Below, one piece after another: positions 40,995-53,635 of a DNA stretch of 64,000 nt; within the stretch, counting starts at the first letter, position 1, and each line of letters opens with the position of its first letter. Position numbers and translations under genes: made by a program. The notes below the pieces were generated by a model that saw only the letters and a program-made list of their open reading frames with translations, had not been told where the DNA came from and did not search any database. Source of the stretch: Pavona decussata (taxonomy: Eukaryota); the NCBI GenBank assembly GCA_977016875.1, contig CDRNST010000070.1:1550001-1614000 (forward strand). The letters are read 5' to 3'.

Positions 40995-42898
40995 AAATCT
41001 TTTCAAGTCCCAAGGAAATAAGAATTAATGCCAGACTGATGGTGCAATGAAACAGTTCGGGCATTCGCTCAGTCATAAATACACATTGTCCTGATTAAAC
41101 AAATCAGCCTAAGCATTTGAATTCTTTCACTAAATGGGACAATCAAAAATGCGGTTTATGCGTGGTTCAATTCTTGCTTTAATTACTTCCCCTCCCCTTC
41201 AACTCTTGGGACAAAGTCGGCCCTTTCTGATACCAGCTTTTATCGATTGCCCACACCGGGCGAAACTGAAGCCAGCAACCAACGCATTTGATAGTATTCA
41301 TTTAATAATTACAAGCTTGTTCCTGTAAAAAAATACTCAGAGACAGAGGAATACGTATATTGTACATACTCTGTGAGAAATGTAAGTGATTCCGTTCATT
41401 TTTACTAATGCGAAAACGCTTGATGAATTTGTAGGTTTTAAGCAAATGCCGAACAGGAGTAACATTTCTATATTACTGAATAGTCTTAGTTGAGAGTACA
41501 AGTTATGATTTAAACACAAATAAGGTAGGCAGATATTTTAATGTAAGACGATATACTGTAATAAACTGATGTGTATAAAGCTGTTAATTCAGTTAAGTAA
41601 AAAATAAAAGTAGGACAAAATATGGTGAGTTTGTTTCAGTGGTACTATTTCTAAAGAGAGAAATTATGACTTACGAGTAGTACGTTTGTCGTGTTCGTCC
41701 GTAAAACATCCCAAACGAGTCGATGGCGATCCATAGCGAAAGACAATCCTGCGTGTAAAAGGCATGAAAGTGGCACGGTGGAAGCAGCTCACAAATTGAC
41801 TTGACAAATAAAAAGCCAGAAATGTTCTGGCAAATCAGGGGCGGGAAAATCTAAACCGTCTTGGAACTGTCACTGATAAGGTAGGTCCCCAGTCTCAGGA
41901 GTTTTACACCCGTCTTTTCTCTTCGTCTCGCTCCGTGCGTCTGACCCTGGGCCGGTCTCCAATGGTCTCCAAGCATGAAAACGCGTATGAACAACACCAT
42001 GGAGACGAGTTTGCAGTATATGGAGAATAGGCCTTGTAGTCGTGGTTTTTATAGGAATTCTGGTGGTATTGCATTTTGTTTAAAAGGGGTGATGGAGATT
42101 TCTTTCCAAAAGCAAACAGACGTGAAAAAGTCAGATTTGATGTTAACAACTTCTGACAAGAAAATATAACGTGATCATGTTCTCTTGCTTCGTCAAGGGA
42201 ACTCGCATTTCATTCAATTGTTACGAGGGTAGATCTTTTAAGTTTCCGGTTCTCTTTTTCCTAGTGAGGGAACTGCCTACAACCAACTACAGATGCAAGA
42301 AAACTGAATTGTAGCCGAGTAATTCCTATTCCTCAAACCTTCAGGAGGAAGGTTACCGCATTCCTTTAACGGCTGTAGCCAATGGCTTGCGCTTTCTCGT
42401 CTTAACATCTGTTTGGTTTTTCTTGTGACACAACACTCAAGAAACAATGCAAATGTTGTCGTTTTTCTGATTCAAACCAGTACAAGGAGAATTCCAGTGC
42501 TAACAAACCAGATTAACATGACAATGGTATTCTAATTCATTTACAACAAATTTATTCAGAACCAACGTCAAATTGTAACGTTAAGTTGCAAGTTACAACA
42601 CTGCATAAACTGAATAAAAAGGCATTAAACAAACTTGTGCTAAAGACGATATAAAACAAGTTACCTTTTGCAAAGACTGTAAACTAGTTGCCAATCTATG
42701 ACTAGTTTTGTGGTAGTTTACCGAGTAGACGAGAGGCCAGAGTGTTATTCCTGTTAATTTCTACCAAATTTGTTCCAAACCAAATGAAATTACGAACATG
42801 AATTGCCTCAACTGAATAAAAAGGCAAAAAAGGTACCTTTTACAAAGACTTTAATGTAACTACTTGGCCATCTATGCCTAGATTTGTTATAGTTTACT

Positions 42899-43316
42899 GT
42901 GGGTCTCAATGGGTTAATTGTTAGTTGTAAAGTGACCAAAAATTTTAGTCGTTTGGCGTAATAGATGGAAAATTTTAACTGTTGGTCGTTAACAAAAAGT
43001 TAATCGTAAAAAAATTCCTATCCAAAATTTGCATTTTAGAGATTGTCAAGATCGCTTGTTAGGACTTTTTGTGTCTTGTGTAGTGGCTGATGTACCCTAT
43101 TTCAGGCTATTTTAATCCGGGAAAGGTCGTTGGAGACCTACAGACCTTTAAAATGTCTTTTTGCAACAACGAAAACTAATTTTGAACTTTCAGTAAATTA
43201 ATCGACTTTCTTTTCAGATGTCTGTTAACCGTAACGGAGAGAAATTAACCGTTAGCCGTAGAGCAACCAAAGTATTAGCCGTCAACCGTAGATACCTCCA
43301 CCCCATTGAGACCCTC
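42899..43316. mobile_element. MITE (copy A)
   Basis: TIRs G(T/A)GGGTCTCAATGGG and CCCATTGAGACCCTC. Also present in copy B, so it predates the duplication. Confidence 0.75.
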
Positions 43317-43518
43317 TATTTTTTCAAATTTATTCCAAACCAAGTGAAATTACGAACATGAATTGCTACCGACTGAAAAGGAAAAAAATACCTAACGACT
43401 ACAACAATTAGAAAATACAAAACGTTAACGTCCTTCAAAACGTTAACAAACTGCATCGGTAATCAAGAGCTAGACGTATAATGCTTGACACCAATGCCTA
43501 GCTAAGGCCTTTGATGGA

Positions 43519-43767
43519 CTACAGAGTCGGCGAGAGACCTGCAGCAACGCACGCAGCCATGCACACTCCCTGGGCAGCATTACAAGCCAAGATAGCAGCT
43601 GGAACACCCACTCCTCCGGTGGAGACCCCTGCTACACCCCCAGCGGCAGCTACACAGGCCGTCCACACTGTATTACAGCCAGTCTGACAAATGGCATAGC
43701 CCAGCGGACCTGAATTGACAGTGGCGAAGAGGGCAAACAGAATGAAGGTCTTTTTAACAGCATCCAT
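43519..43767 (-). CDS. Small secreted cysteine-rich peptide, 82 aa, resembling the 'zygote-specific class V' family (paralog A)
   Basis: Translation MDAVKKTFILFALFATVNS|GPLGYAICQTGCNTVWTACVAAAGGVAGVSTGGVGVPAAILACNAAQGVCMAACVAAGLSPTL: signal peptide followed by CX3CX6CX23CX6CX3C. A splice acceptor TTTCAG lies 12 nt upstream of the ATG. The ORF is preserved in the paralog. Confidence 0.88.
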   Translation of the reverse strand: MDAVKKTFILFALFATVNSGPLGYAICQTGCNTVWTACVAAAGGVAGVSTGGVGVPAAILACNAAQGVCMAACVAAGLSPTL

Positions 43768-44021
43768 AGCTCTTCTTTTCTGAAACAAGACATTATGAAA
43801 TGAGAAACAGTGATTAACTTAACGGTAACTGTACTGAAGTGAAGGTTTGTTGGTGGGTATGTTTTGCACTGATTACTAGCTTGATACACTGTTGCCCTCA
43901 AAATGTAGTATAACGATTTTCGGCACCACCCTCAAAAACACAGTATTTCCTAGAATTATGCCCGAATTCTAGTAGATACAACTATGAACCAAACTGAACA
44001 TCATAGGGAAAAAGCGCTTAC

Positions 44022-44078
44022 CCGGCCTTCTTGAACAGGTATTATAACAAAGCGAAATTTCTTATCTTAGGAGTGGAC
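44022..44078 (-). other. Putative non-coding 5' UTR exon of peptide paralog A
   Basis: Minus-strand polyT-CAG acceptor (AG at 44080-44079) and GG|GTAAG donor (44021-44017), pointing to the acceptor at 43781-43780. Confidence 0.55.
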
Positions 44079-46329
44079 CTGAAAAAAAAAATGAATATAT
44101 TAGTCTAAATCGACAGATAAAATAGTAGTTAATACTTCTACATGACTTTCGTACAGTTTAATTTTTCCTCGTTGCATGCGCTAAATTTTACAAAAATCCA
44201 GATTCCCTACGACAAATATAAGAATAAGTACAGTAGTGTGAAGCATTTGTTGGAATCAAAGGCCTTTCAAGTAATCATCTCAATAAAATCTTGTGAACAA
44301 CTAGCGTCTTGTTTGGCAAAGTCTCACCTCAAACTTTAAAACACTGGAAAACTGGTTCGCTTTATAGTTTTAGAGGTAAATATGTGGTTTAAAGCCAGGC
44401 TGAAATAAAGATATCTAGCATTTTCTGAACGCCAACAGCAGCTGGGAAATTTGGGGAATATGATATTCCTTTCCCTACTGAAAGTTTCTGCAACGTAAAG
44501 TTTCAAGATTGGAGCACTTGCAGAATTATTAAAGTACACTGTTTTCGACTGTGTCGAAAGATTAAGGCAAGCTAGGAATTTATTAAAGCCAAGACAGGCA
44601 GCTCGTGTTCATTATTTGAGGGGGTAGTGATCTATTCCCTAAAGGTTTCTGCTAGCTTCTAAAAATTCAACTTAAGAATCCGAACAGGTCTTAGGATACA
44701 CAAATATCCCCTTCAAATGCCCGTAAACGATCTAGGAACACAGCAAACGAATATTGTTTTCCTAAATATTCTTGTTGGGTGACTCCGATGCCTACGATAG
44801 ATACAAGAATAAGAACAGTAGCAGCTGTTCGTTTAGACTAAGTATCTGCTCGGGGCGAGTCTCACTATAGCTCGATTCTGAGAAAATAATACGCAAAGCT
44901 CTTTTTTGGACCCGCTCAATCTTGTCACTGAGATTTCTTTCTAGTAATCGTCTCACTGAAATCTTATGAACAACTGGCGTTTCGTTTGGCGAAGGCTCGC
45001 CTAAAAATTTTGTAACACTGGAGTTTGCTTTGTTTTTGTAGATGCAAATATGTCGTTAAAAGCCAGGTGAAATAAGGACAGAACTAACAAACAGTATTAG
45101 CTCACAAATGCGCCTAAAGACTAGGAGATGAGAATAAACAGCCCTCGATCTCTGGGCGCCTGCCATTCTGGTCTTCATGTCCTTAGTTTTACATGATGAC
45201 TCAGTCTGAACGATCATGCAACTTACCTCGAACAGAGGCAAACAAAAGCACGAACCCAGTATTTTACAGAAGAAGCCGAACTCTGATGTCGATCAAACGA
45301 ACACAAGGATATTTTACTCTGCAGCGACGTGACACCCAAGAAACGTCCTTATCACTTTCTTTTTTTCTGGGAAACATTGACAAGTGCATGTTGCGATCAT
45401 CTTGCCATGTGAAACCTCTAACAGTATATTTTATTGGGCCTCAGTGCATATCCACTGCATGTTTTTTGACTGATTTATTTACTGATGTAGTCTGGTGCCA
45501 TACCGCGCCGTGAATTACTTAAAAAGTAATGAGCAGAAATTGAATTTTATGTGGTATTTAATTGGTAGCCGAGTGAACCTGGCTTTGGACGGGTGTGATA
45601 TAGCTAATGTTAGGTTGGTTGTAAATAAGTCTTGCAGTCGCATTTCAACTCTTTGTAACTTAGGGAAGTGGTCAAAACTACTATACTCTCAGTAACAGGA
45701 CCCACCAAACCACAAAATAGATGGTGGTCTCTGCCTCCATCCCTGGTGTCTTTATTGCATAGCCACCCCTCTATCCAGCAGTAAAAAAAGACAGTGAGAT
45801 TCAACCTCACTTTTCTTGTTGTTTTCTAGAAATGCTGACTCTTACTAGCTGAATATTTCTGTATCAACTCAAATTTTACTGAAGCCAATAAAATTTTGTT
45901 TCTAGTGTTCACGAGACAGGTGGTGTCTTTGATAACCCAGCTACTCCAGACAAGGTGAATCCTAGCTCTTCGAATTAACTTGTTATGACCAGTTACCTTA
46001 ACGATTTGTACCTGGGGCAATCCATAAAGCATGCGTGAATTAAGGTCTCTGTGGTAAGTGTAAGTGTTTTCTTATTCGCCCGATGTTATGAAGATAATAG
46101 AATGATGCAATACAAACTTAAGTTTGTGAGTGCTTATTATCAACTTTCCATCGAACCAAGAACCAAGGCTTCTAACAACTGTCGATCTCGTGACATTGGA
46201 ATTACTGGGTCCGCAGTAATTGGCTTGCGCTGTTGCGGGTTCCCCGCCATATTGTGTTCTTATTGTATTCTTGATCATTATTGTAACGTATTATCCGTTG
46301 GCGAAGCTATAATAAAAATAAATTTCCCA

Positions 46330-46745
46330 CAGTACTGAATAATTGTTGTCGGGTTCCTACAATAAGAAACTGTTTTTTCGTCGTTTAGAAGAACTTTGTC
46401 GTGTTCCATGCATAAGCAGGTATCCATTATGCAGTTTTGCATCGCTGTTTACTATATCGTCTTGTTGACTCGTCCATTCGTCAGGCTTGAAAGAAACAAA
46501 TAACTGTGAACAGGCATCAGCATAGCAGTGAGCGTCTGGGAGAACTTGATTGATAATGTTAATTATTTTCGAAGATTAAATAATGTACAATAGGAGGACC
46601 GACACAAGACCTTGTGGAACGCCCCAGTCAAATACAAGACTTTCAGAGAGGGTACCAGAGATGGAAACACGTTGTCTTCTGGTAGTCAAATACGAGGTAA
46701 ACCAATCTAATGGTACGCCAATAATTCCAAATGAAAATTGGAGCC
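46330..46745 (-). mobile_element. Degenerate CR1/L2-type reverse transcriptase fragment (array copy)
   Basis: FGIIGVPLDWFTSYLTTRRQRVSI...GVPQG, then HCYADA (a decayed YADD), then DKVLLNDEK; frameshifted. Confidence 0.85.
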
Positions 46746-48881
46746 TCAGTTCGCAGAACTGGTCCGCTGTTTTCGTCTGAGTCGAAAGATTAAGGCCAGC
46801 TACGGATTCTCGGAAAGCCGACACAGGCAGCTCGTGTTTATTATTTGGGTGGAAGGTGATTTGTTTCCTAAAGGTTTCTGCCAGCGACTTAGAATTCAAC
46901 TGCTTAAGAAACTGAACACTGAGGTGTAGGTATACACAAATATCCTTAATAAACGATCTAGGAAAGAAGCAATCGATATTTTTTCCTAAATAATGTCTTT
47001 GGGTGCCTCTTATGCCGACGACAAATACAAGGATAGCAACAGTATCGGCCATCCTGCAAGGGCATCCATCGCTTCGTTTAGGTGAAGTATCTGTTCGGAT
47101 CGAAGGCCTTTCAAGTAATCGTCTAACTAAAATCTTGCGAACAACTAGCGTCTTGTTTGGCGAAGTCTCACCTCAAACTTTTGTAACACTGCAAACTAGC
47201 TTGCTTTATTTTAGAGGCAAATATGTCGTTTAAGGCCAGGCGAATAAGCCGAGATATCAAGCATTTTCTGAAAGCCAACCGCAGCTGGGAAATTTGGAGA
47301 ATGTAATATTCCTTTCCCTAAAGAGTTTCTGCAACGTAAAGTTTCAGGATTGGAGCACTCGCAGAATTAAAAACGCTGCTTTCGACTGTGTCTAAAGATC
47401 AAGGCCAGCTAGAGATTCTCGGAAAGCCAACACAGGCAGTTCGTGTTTATCATTTATTTTGGGGGATAGTGACATATTCCCTAAAGGTTTGTACTAGTAG
47501 CTTCTTAAAATTCACAAATATCCTTTTCAAATGCCCGTAAATGATCTAGGAAAATAGCAAACAAATATTCTTTTCCTAAATATTCTCATTGGGTGCCTCC
47601 GTTGCCTACGATAAATACAACAATAACAGTGGCAGCCATTCGTTTAGGCTTAGCATCGGTACGGGGCGAGCCTCACTATATTTCGATTCTGGAAAAAGAA
47701 TACACAAAGCTCTTTTCTGGACCCCCTCAATCTTGTCAGTGAGCCGATAACTTTCCAAGTAATCGTCTCACTAAATTATCTTGCGAACAACTAGCTCTCT
47801 GTTTGGCGAAGTCTCGCCTAAAATTGTCAGTGTAGCTCTGGAGTTCGCTATGTTTTCGTAGAGACAATTATGTCGTTTAAAGCCAGGTAAAATAAGGACA
47901 TCTAACATTTTCTGAAAGCCAACAGCAGCTCGAAAATTTGGAGAGTAACATATTCCGTTCCCTAAAAGTTTCTGGAACATCAATTTTGAACTGAAGAATC
48001 TGAACAGAACTAACGGACGGTGTTAGCTTACACAAATGCGCCTAACGACTAGGAAATGATCTGGGAACAGTATAAACAATATTGCCTTCACTGGGCGCCT
48101 GCGATTCTGGTCTTCATCTCCTTAGTTTTACATGAACTAATTGAATGAAGTTTGAAAGATCATGCAACTTACCTCGAGCAAAGGCAAACAAAAGCACGAA
48201 CACAATATTTTACAGAAGAAGCTGAACTCAATATCGACCAAACGAGCAGAAGGATGTTTTGCTCTGCAGCGACGCCGCACCCAGGAAATATTGCCGAGAA
48301 CTTGTTTACGGTTTGGTAGGGTACCCCTTGCATAGCAAATTAGTTACTAACCAATCAAAACACACATCAAGAGTTTCTGCATTTTAATAATAATAACAAT
48401 AATAATTCCAAGAAAACTGCTTTCCATCAAGTAAACATACTTCTTCCCAAGTGTTCAGCATCGACAATATCGGGCTTAACATACGAGCAACTTTACGAAG
48501 CGCTCTGAGTCCAAAAATTAGGGCCAGCTACGGATTCTCGGAAAGCTGACACAGGCAGCTCGTGTTCATTATTCGGGGGATGGTGATTTGTTTCCTTAAG
48601 TTTTCTGCCAGCGACTTAGAATTCAACTGCTTAAGAAACTGAACACTGAGGTGTAGGGATACACAAATATCCTTACAAAACGATCTAGGAAAGTAGCAAT
48701 CGATATTTTTTCCTAAATATTATCTTTGGGTGCCTCTTATGCCGACGACAAATAAAAGGATAGCAAAAGTAGCGGCCATCCTGCAAGGGCATCCATCGCT
48801 TCGTTTAGGTGAAGTATCTTTTCGGATCGAAGGCCTTTCAAGTAATCGTCTAACTAAAATCTTGTGAACAACTAGCGTCTT

Positions 48882-49466
48882 ATGAAAGAAATGTGATGGT
48901 ATATTTCCAGCCTGGTGAATGAATGAGAATGATGTTTATTCAAGAAAGTGACGCAGGCATACTCGGAAAAAAGAAATCCGAGTGCTCCTATCAGGAGTCG
49001 AACCTAAGACCTTCCGATTACTAGTTCGGATGCTCTACCACTGCTCTACCTAGTTTAATGGCCTTAGCTCCCACGAGTCTCCTGTAGCTCAGTGGTAGAG
49101 CATCCGAACTAGTAATCGGAAGGTCTTAGGTTCGACTCCTGATAGGAGCACTCGGATTTCTTTTTTCCGAGTATGCCTGCGTCACTTTCTTGAATAAACA
49201 TCATTCTCATTCATTCACCAGGCTGGAAATATACCATCACATTTCTTTCATATACCACACGTTCGACATTCAAATCCTAGCAGTATGCAGGATGTTTGTC
49301 CCATGAACCTAGTTTAATAGCCTTAGCTCCCACGAGTCTCCTGTAGCTCAGTGGTAGAGCATCCGAACTAGTAATCGGAAGGTCTTAGGTTCGACTCCTG
49401 ATAGGAGCACTCGGATTTCTTTTTTCCGAGTATGCCTGCGTCACTTTCTTGAATAAACATCATTCT
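48882..49466. mobile_element. TSD-flanked insertion of a tandem plus inverted tRNA-Thr(AGT)-like Pol III element
   Basis: Flanked by (C)AACTAGCGTCTT at 48869-48881 and 49467-49479; other array units have the empty site. It contains a 163-bp inverted arm (48881-49043 is the reverse complement of 49090-49252) and ~1.6 tandem copies of a 259-bp unit carrying TCTCCTGTAGCTCAGTGGTAGAGCATCCGAACTAGTAATCGGAAGGTCTTAGGTTCGACTCCTGATAGGAGCA. Confidence 0.9.
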
Positions 49467-50175
49467 CAACTAGCGTCTTGTTTGGCAAAGTCTCACCTCA
49501 AACTTTTGTAACTTTGGAAACTAGCTCGCTTTGTTTTAGAGGCAAATATGTCGTTTAAGGCCAGGCGAATAAGGATAGCTAGCACATTCTGAAAGCCAAC
49601 AGCAGCTGGGAAATTTGAAGAATATGATACTCCTTTCCCTAAATAGTTTCTGCAATGTACAATTACAATTTATTCTAGCGCAAATTACTCTGACACCTCC
49701 TTTTTCCTGTGTTAACAACATTCCGCTACCAAAATTCTCAGGAGATGCTACTGAGCGAGGATGTAAACAATTTCCTTAGACAATTCAACTTGACGGCGGC
49801 TTTTCCCAAACTGAATACTGTAATTTTGCAAATGACTTACATGTTGCCATTATTGTTAACAGGGATCGCGAACGTATGATCGTGTTCAGCATCGACAATA
49901 TCGGGCTTAACATACGAGCAACTTTACGAAGCGCTTAAGAAACAGTTCCACACAGAGTCGGATATTTGGCTATTATTAATAAAGACAATAACTCCTAAAT
50001 AAGAAACAATCTGAAAATGAAAGCGTAGCGCAATTCGCAACGGAAATACGTAGACTCTGTCAGCGGCTAGATGTGCTTTGCCAGCAAAGCGGCTTTTTAC
50101 ACGGCTTTCACTGGGCGCCTGCAATTCTGGTCTTCATGTCCTTAATTTTACATGAATTAATCCAATGAAAGACTC

Positions 50176-50206
<31 letters not shown>

Positions 50207-50399
50207 TAAAATTTATATAACGCAAATTACATCAACATGATTAAATACCCTCGCTGCAAGTGCATGTTGCGATCATCTTGCCATGTGAAAGCTCTAACAT
50301 GGTATATTTTTATTGGCCTTCAGTGCATATCTATTGGATGTTTTTTGACTGATTTATTTACTGATGTAGTAAAGAACCAAGGCCTCTAACAACTTACAA

Positions 50400-50670
50400 T
50401 CGTCGGGCTTGAAAGAAACAAATAACTGTGAACAGGCATCAGCATAGCAGTGAGCGTCTGGGAGAACTTGATTGATAATGTTAATTATTTTCGAAGATTA
50501 AATAATGTACAATAGGAGGACCGACACAAGACCTTGTGGAACTCCCCAGTCAAATGCAAGACTCTCAGAGAGGGTACCATAGATGGAAACACGTTGTCCT
50601 CTGGTAGTCAAATACGAGGGAAACCAATCTTATGATACGCCAATAATTCCAAATGAAAATTGGAGCCTCA
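50400..50670 (-). mobile_element. Degenerate CR1/L2-type RT fragment (array copy)
   Basis: Paralogous to 46480-46745. Confidence 0.8.
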
Positions 50671-53149
50671 GTTAGCAGAACTGGTACGCTGTTTTCCTCT
50701 GAGTCCAAAAATTAGGGCCAGCTACGGATTCTCGGAAAGCTGACACAGGCAGCTCGTGTTCATTATTCGGGGGATGGTGATTTGTTTCCTTAAGTTTTCT
50801 GCCAGCGACTTAGAATTCAACTGCTTAAGAAACTGAACACTGAGGTGTAGGGATACACAAATATCCTTACAAAACGATCTAGGAAAGTAGCAATCGATAT
50901 TTTTTCCTAAATATTATCTTTGGGTGCCTCTTATGCCGACGACAAATAAAAGGATAGCAAAAGTAGCGGCCATCCTGCAAGGGCATCCATCGCTCCGTTT
51001 AGTCGGGTGAAGTATCTTTTCGGATCGAAGGCCTTTCAAGTAATCGTCTCACTAAAATCTTGTGAACAACTAGCGTCTTGTTTGGCAAAGTCTCACCTCA
51101 AACTTTTGTAACTTTGGAAACTAGCTCGCTTTGTTTTAGAGGCAAATATGTCGTTTAAGGCCAGGCGAATAAGGATATCAAGCATTTTCTGAAAGCCAAC
51201 AGCAGCTGAGAAATTTGGAGAATATGATACTCCTTTCCCTAAAGAGTTTCTGCAACGTAACGTTTCAGGATTGGAGCACTCGCAGAATTAAAAACGCTGC
51301 TTTCGACTGTGTCTAAAGATCAAGGCCAGCTAGAGATTCTCGGAAAGCCAACACAGGCAGTTCGTGTTTATCATTTATTTTGGGGGATAGTGATCTATTC
51401 TCTAAAGGTTTGTACTAGTAGCTTCTTAAAATTCACAAATATCCTTTTCAAATGCCCGTAAATGATCTAGGAAAATAACAAACAAATATTCTTTTCCTAA
51501 ATATTCTCGTTGGGTGCCTCCGGTGCCTACGATAAATACAACAACAACAGTAGCAGCCATTCGTTTAGGCTTAGCATCTGTACGGGGCAAGCCTCACTAT
51601 AGCTCGATTCTGGAAAAAGAATACGCAAAGCTCTTTTCTGGATCCCCTCAATCTTGTCAGTGAGCCGATAACTTTCCAAGTAATCGTCTCACTAAATTAT
51701 TTTGCGAACAACTAGCGTTCTGTTTGGCGAAGTCTCGCCTAAAATTGTCAGTGTAGCTCTGCAGTTCGCTATGTTTTCGTAGAGACAATTATGTCGTTTA
51801 AAGCCAGGTGAGATAAGGACATCTAGCATTTTCTGAAAGCCAACAGAAACTCGGAAATTTGGAGAGTAAGATATTCCGTTCCCTAAAAGTTTCTGGAACA
51901 TCAATTTTGAACTGAAGAATCTGAACAGAGCTAACAGACGGTGTTAGCTTACACAAATGCGCCTAAAGACTAGGAAACAATCTGGGAACAGTATAAACAA
52001 TATTGCCTTCACTGGGCGCCTGCGATTCTGGTCTTCATGTTCTTAGTTTTACATGAACTAATTGAATGAAGTTTGAAAGATCATGCAACTTACCTCGAGC
52101 AGAGGCAAACAAAAGCACGAACACAATATTTTACAGAGGAAGCTGAACTCAATATCGATCAAACGAGCAGAAGGATGTTTTGCTCTGCAGCGACGCCGCA
52201 CCCAGGAAATATTGCCGAGAACTTGTTTACGGTTTGGTAGGGTACCCCTTGCATAGCAAATTAGTTACTAACCAATCAAAACACACATCAAGAGTTTCTG
52301 CATTTTAATAATAATAACAATAATAATAATTCCAAGAAAACTGCTTTCCATCAAGTAAACATACTTCTTCCCAAGTGGCCCCCAAGGAAACTGGTAGCTT
52401 TGCGGTGCCCTGGGATGTACAATAATAATAATTACAATTTATTCTAGCGCAAATTGCTTTGCCACCTCCATTTTCCTGTGTTAACAACATTCCGCTACCA
52501 AAATTCTCAGGAGATGCTACTGAGCGAGGATGTAAACAATTTCCTTAGACAATTCAACTTGACGGCGGCTTTTCCCAAACTGAATACTGTAATTTTGCAA
52601 ATGACTTACATGTTGCCATTATTGTTAACATGGATCGCGAACGTATGATCGTGTTCAGCATCGACAATATCGGGCTTAACATACGACCAACTTTACGAAG
52701 CGCTTAAGAAACAGTTCCACACAGAGTCGGATATTTGGCTATTATTAATACAGACAATAACTCCTAAATAAGAAACAATCTGAAAATGAAAGCGTAGCGC
52801 AATTCGCAACGGAAACACGTAAACTCTGTCAGCGGCTAGATGTGCCATGCCAGCAAAGCAGCTTTTTACACGGCCTTCACTAGGCGCCTGCGATTCTGGT
52901 CTTCATGTCCTTAATTTTACATGAATTAATCCAATAAAAGAGTTTAATAATAATAATCATAATAATTAAAAGTTATATTGCCCAAATTACATGAACATGA
53001 TTAAATACCCTCGCAGCAAGTGCATGTTGCGATAATCTTGCGATGTGAAACCTTTAACACAGTATATTTTTATTGGCCTTCAGTGCATATCTATTGGATG
53101 TTTTTTGACTGATTTATTTACTGATGTAGTAAAGAACCAAGGCTTCTAA

Positions 53150-53635
53150 CAACTGTCGATCTCGTCACATCGGAATTTCCCACAGTAATCAAAGAAATCA
53201 AGATTAACTTTGAATAATCATGGTTGTTGGGAAGTTTTACAATAAGAAACTCTGTTTTTTCGTCGTTAAGAAGAAGTTTGTCGTGTTCCATGCATAAGCG
53301 GATGTCCATTATACAATTTTGCATGGTGGTATAATATAGCGTCCTGTTCACTCGTCCAATCGTCAGGCTTAAAAGAAACAAATAACTGTGAACAGGCATC
53401 AACATAGCAGTGAGCGTCTGGGAGAACTTGATTGATAATGTTAAATATTTTCGAAGAGTAAATAATGTGCAATAGGGGGACCGAGACAAGACATTGTGGA
53501 ACGCCCCTTGTCAAATGCAAGACCCTCAGAGAGGGTACCAGAGATGGAAACACGTTGTCTTCTGGTAGTCAAATACGAGGTAAACCAATCTAATGGTACA
53601 CCAGTAATTCCAAATGAAGATTGGAGCCTCAGCTC
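53150..53635 (-). mobile_element. Degenerate CR1/L2-type RT fragment (array copy)
   Basis: WFTSYLTTRRQRVSISG, GVPQ, HCYVDA, DKLLLNDEKTEFLI. Confidence 0.85.

Larger units (their letters stand above)
39777..44006. repeat. Segmental duplication, copy A (INPP5K 3' end plus Cys-rich peptide gene)
   Basis: Collinear and highly similar to 58239-62784, from ATGAAGATAAGGAT to GAACATCATAG. Confidence 0.95.

Noticed and set aside
49078-49150. Functional tRNA-Thr(AGT) genes (three copies, one partial)
   Set aside because: 8-nt anticodon loop and imperfect acceptor stem; they lie inside a TSD-flanked mobile insertion.
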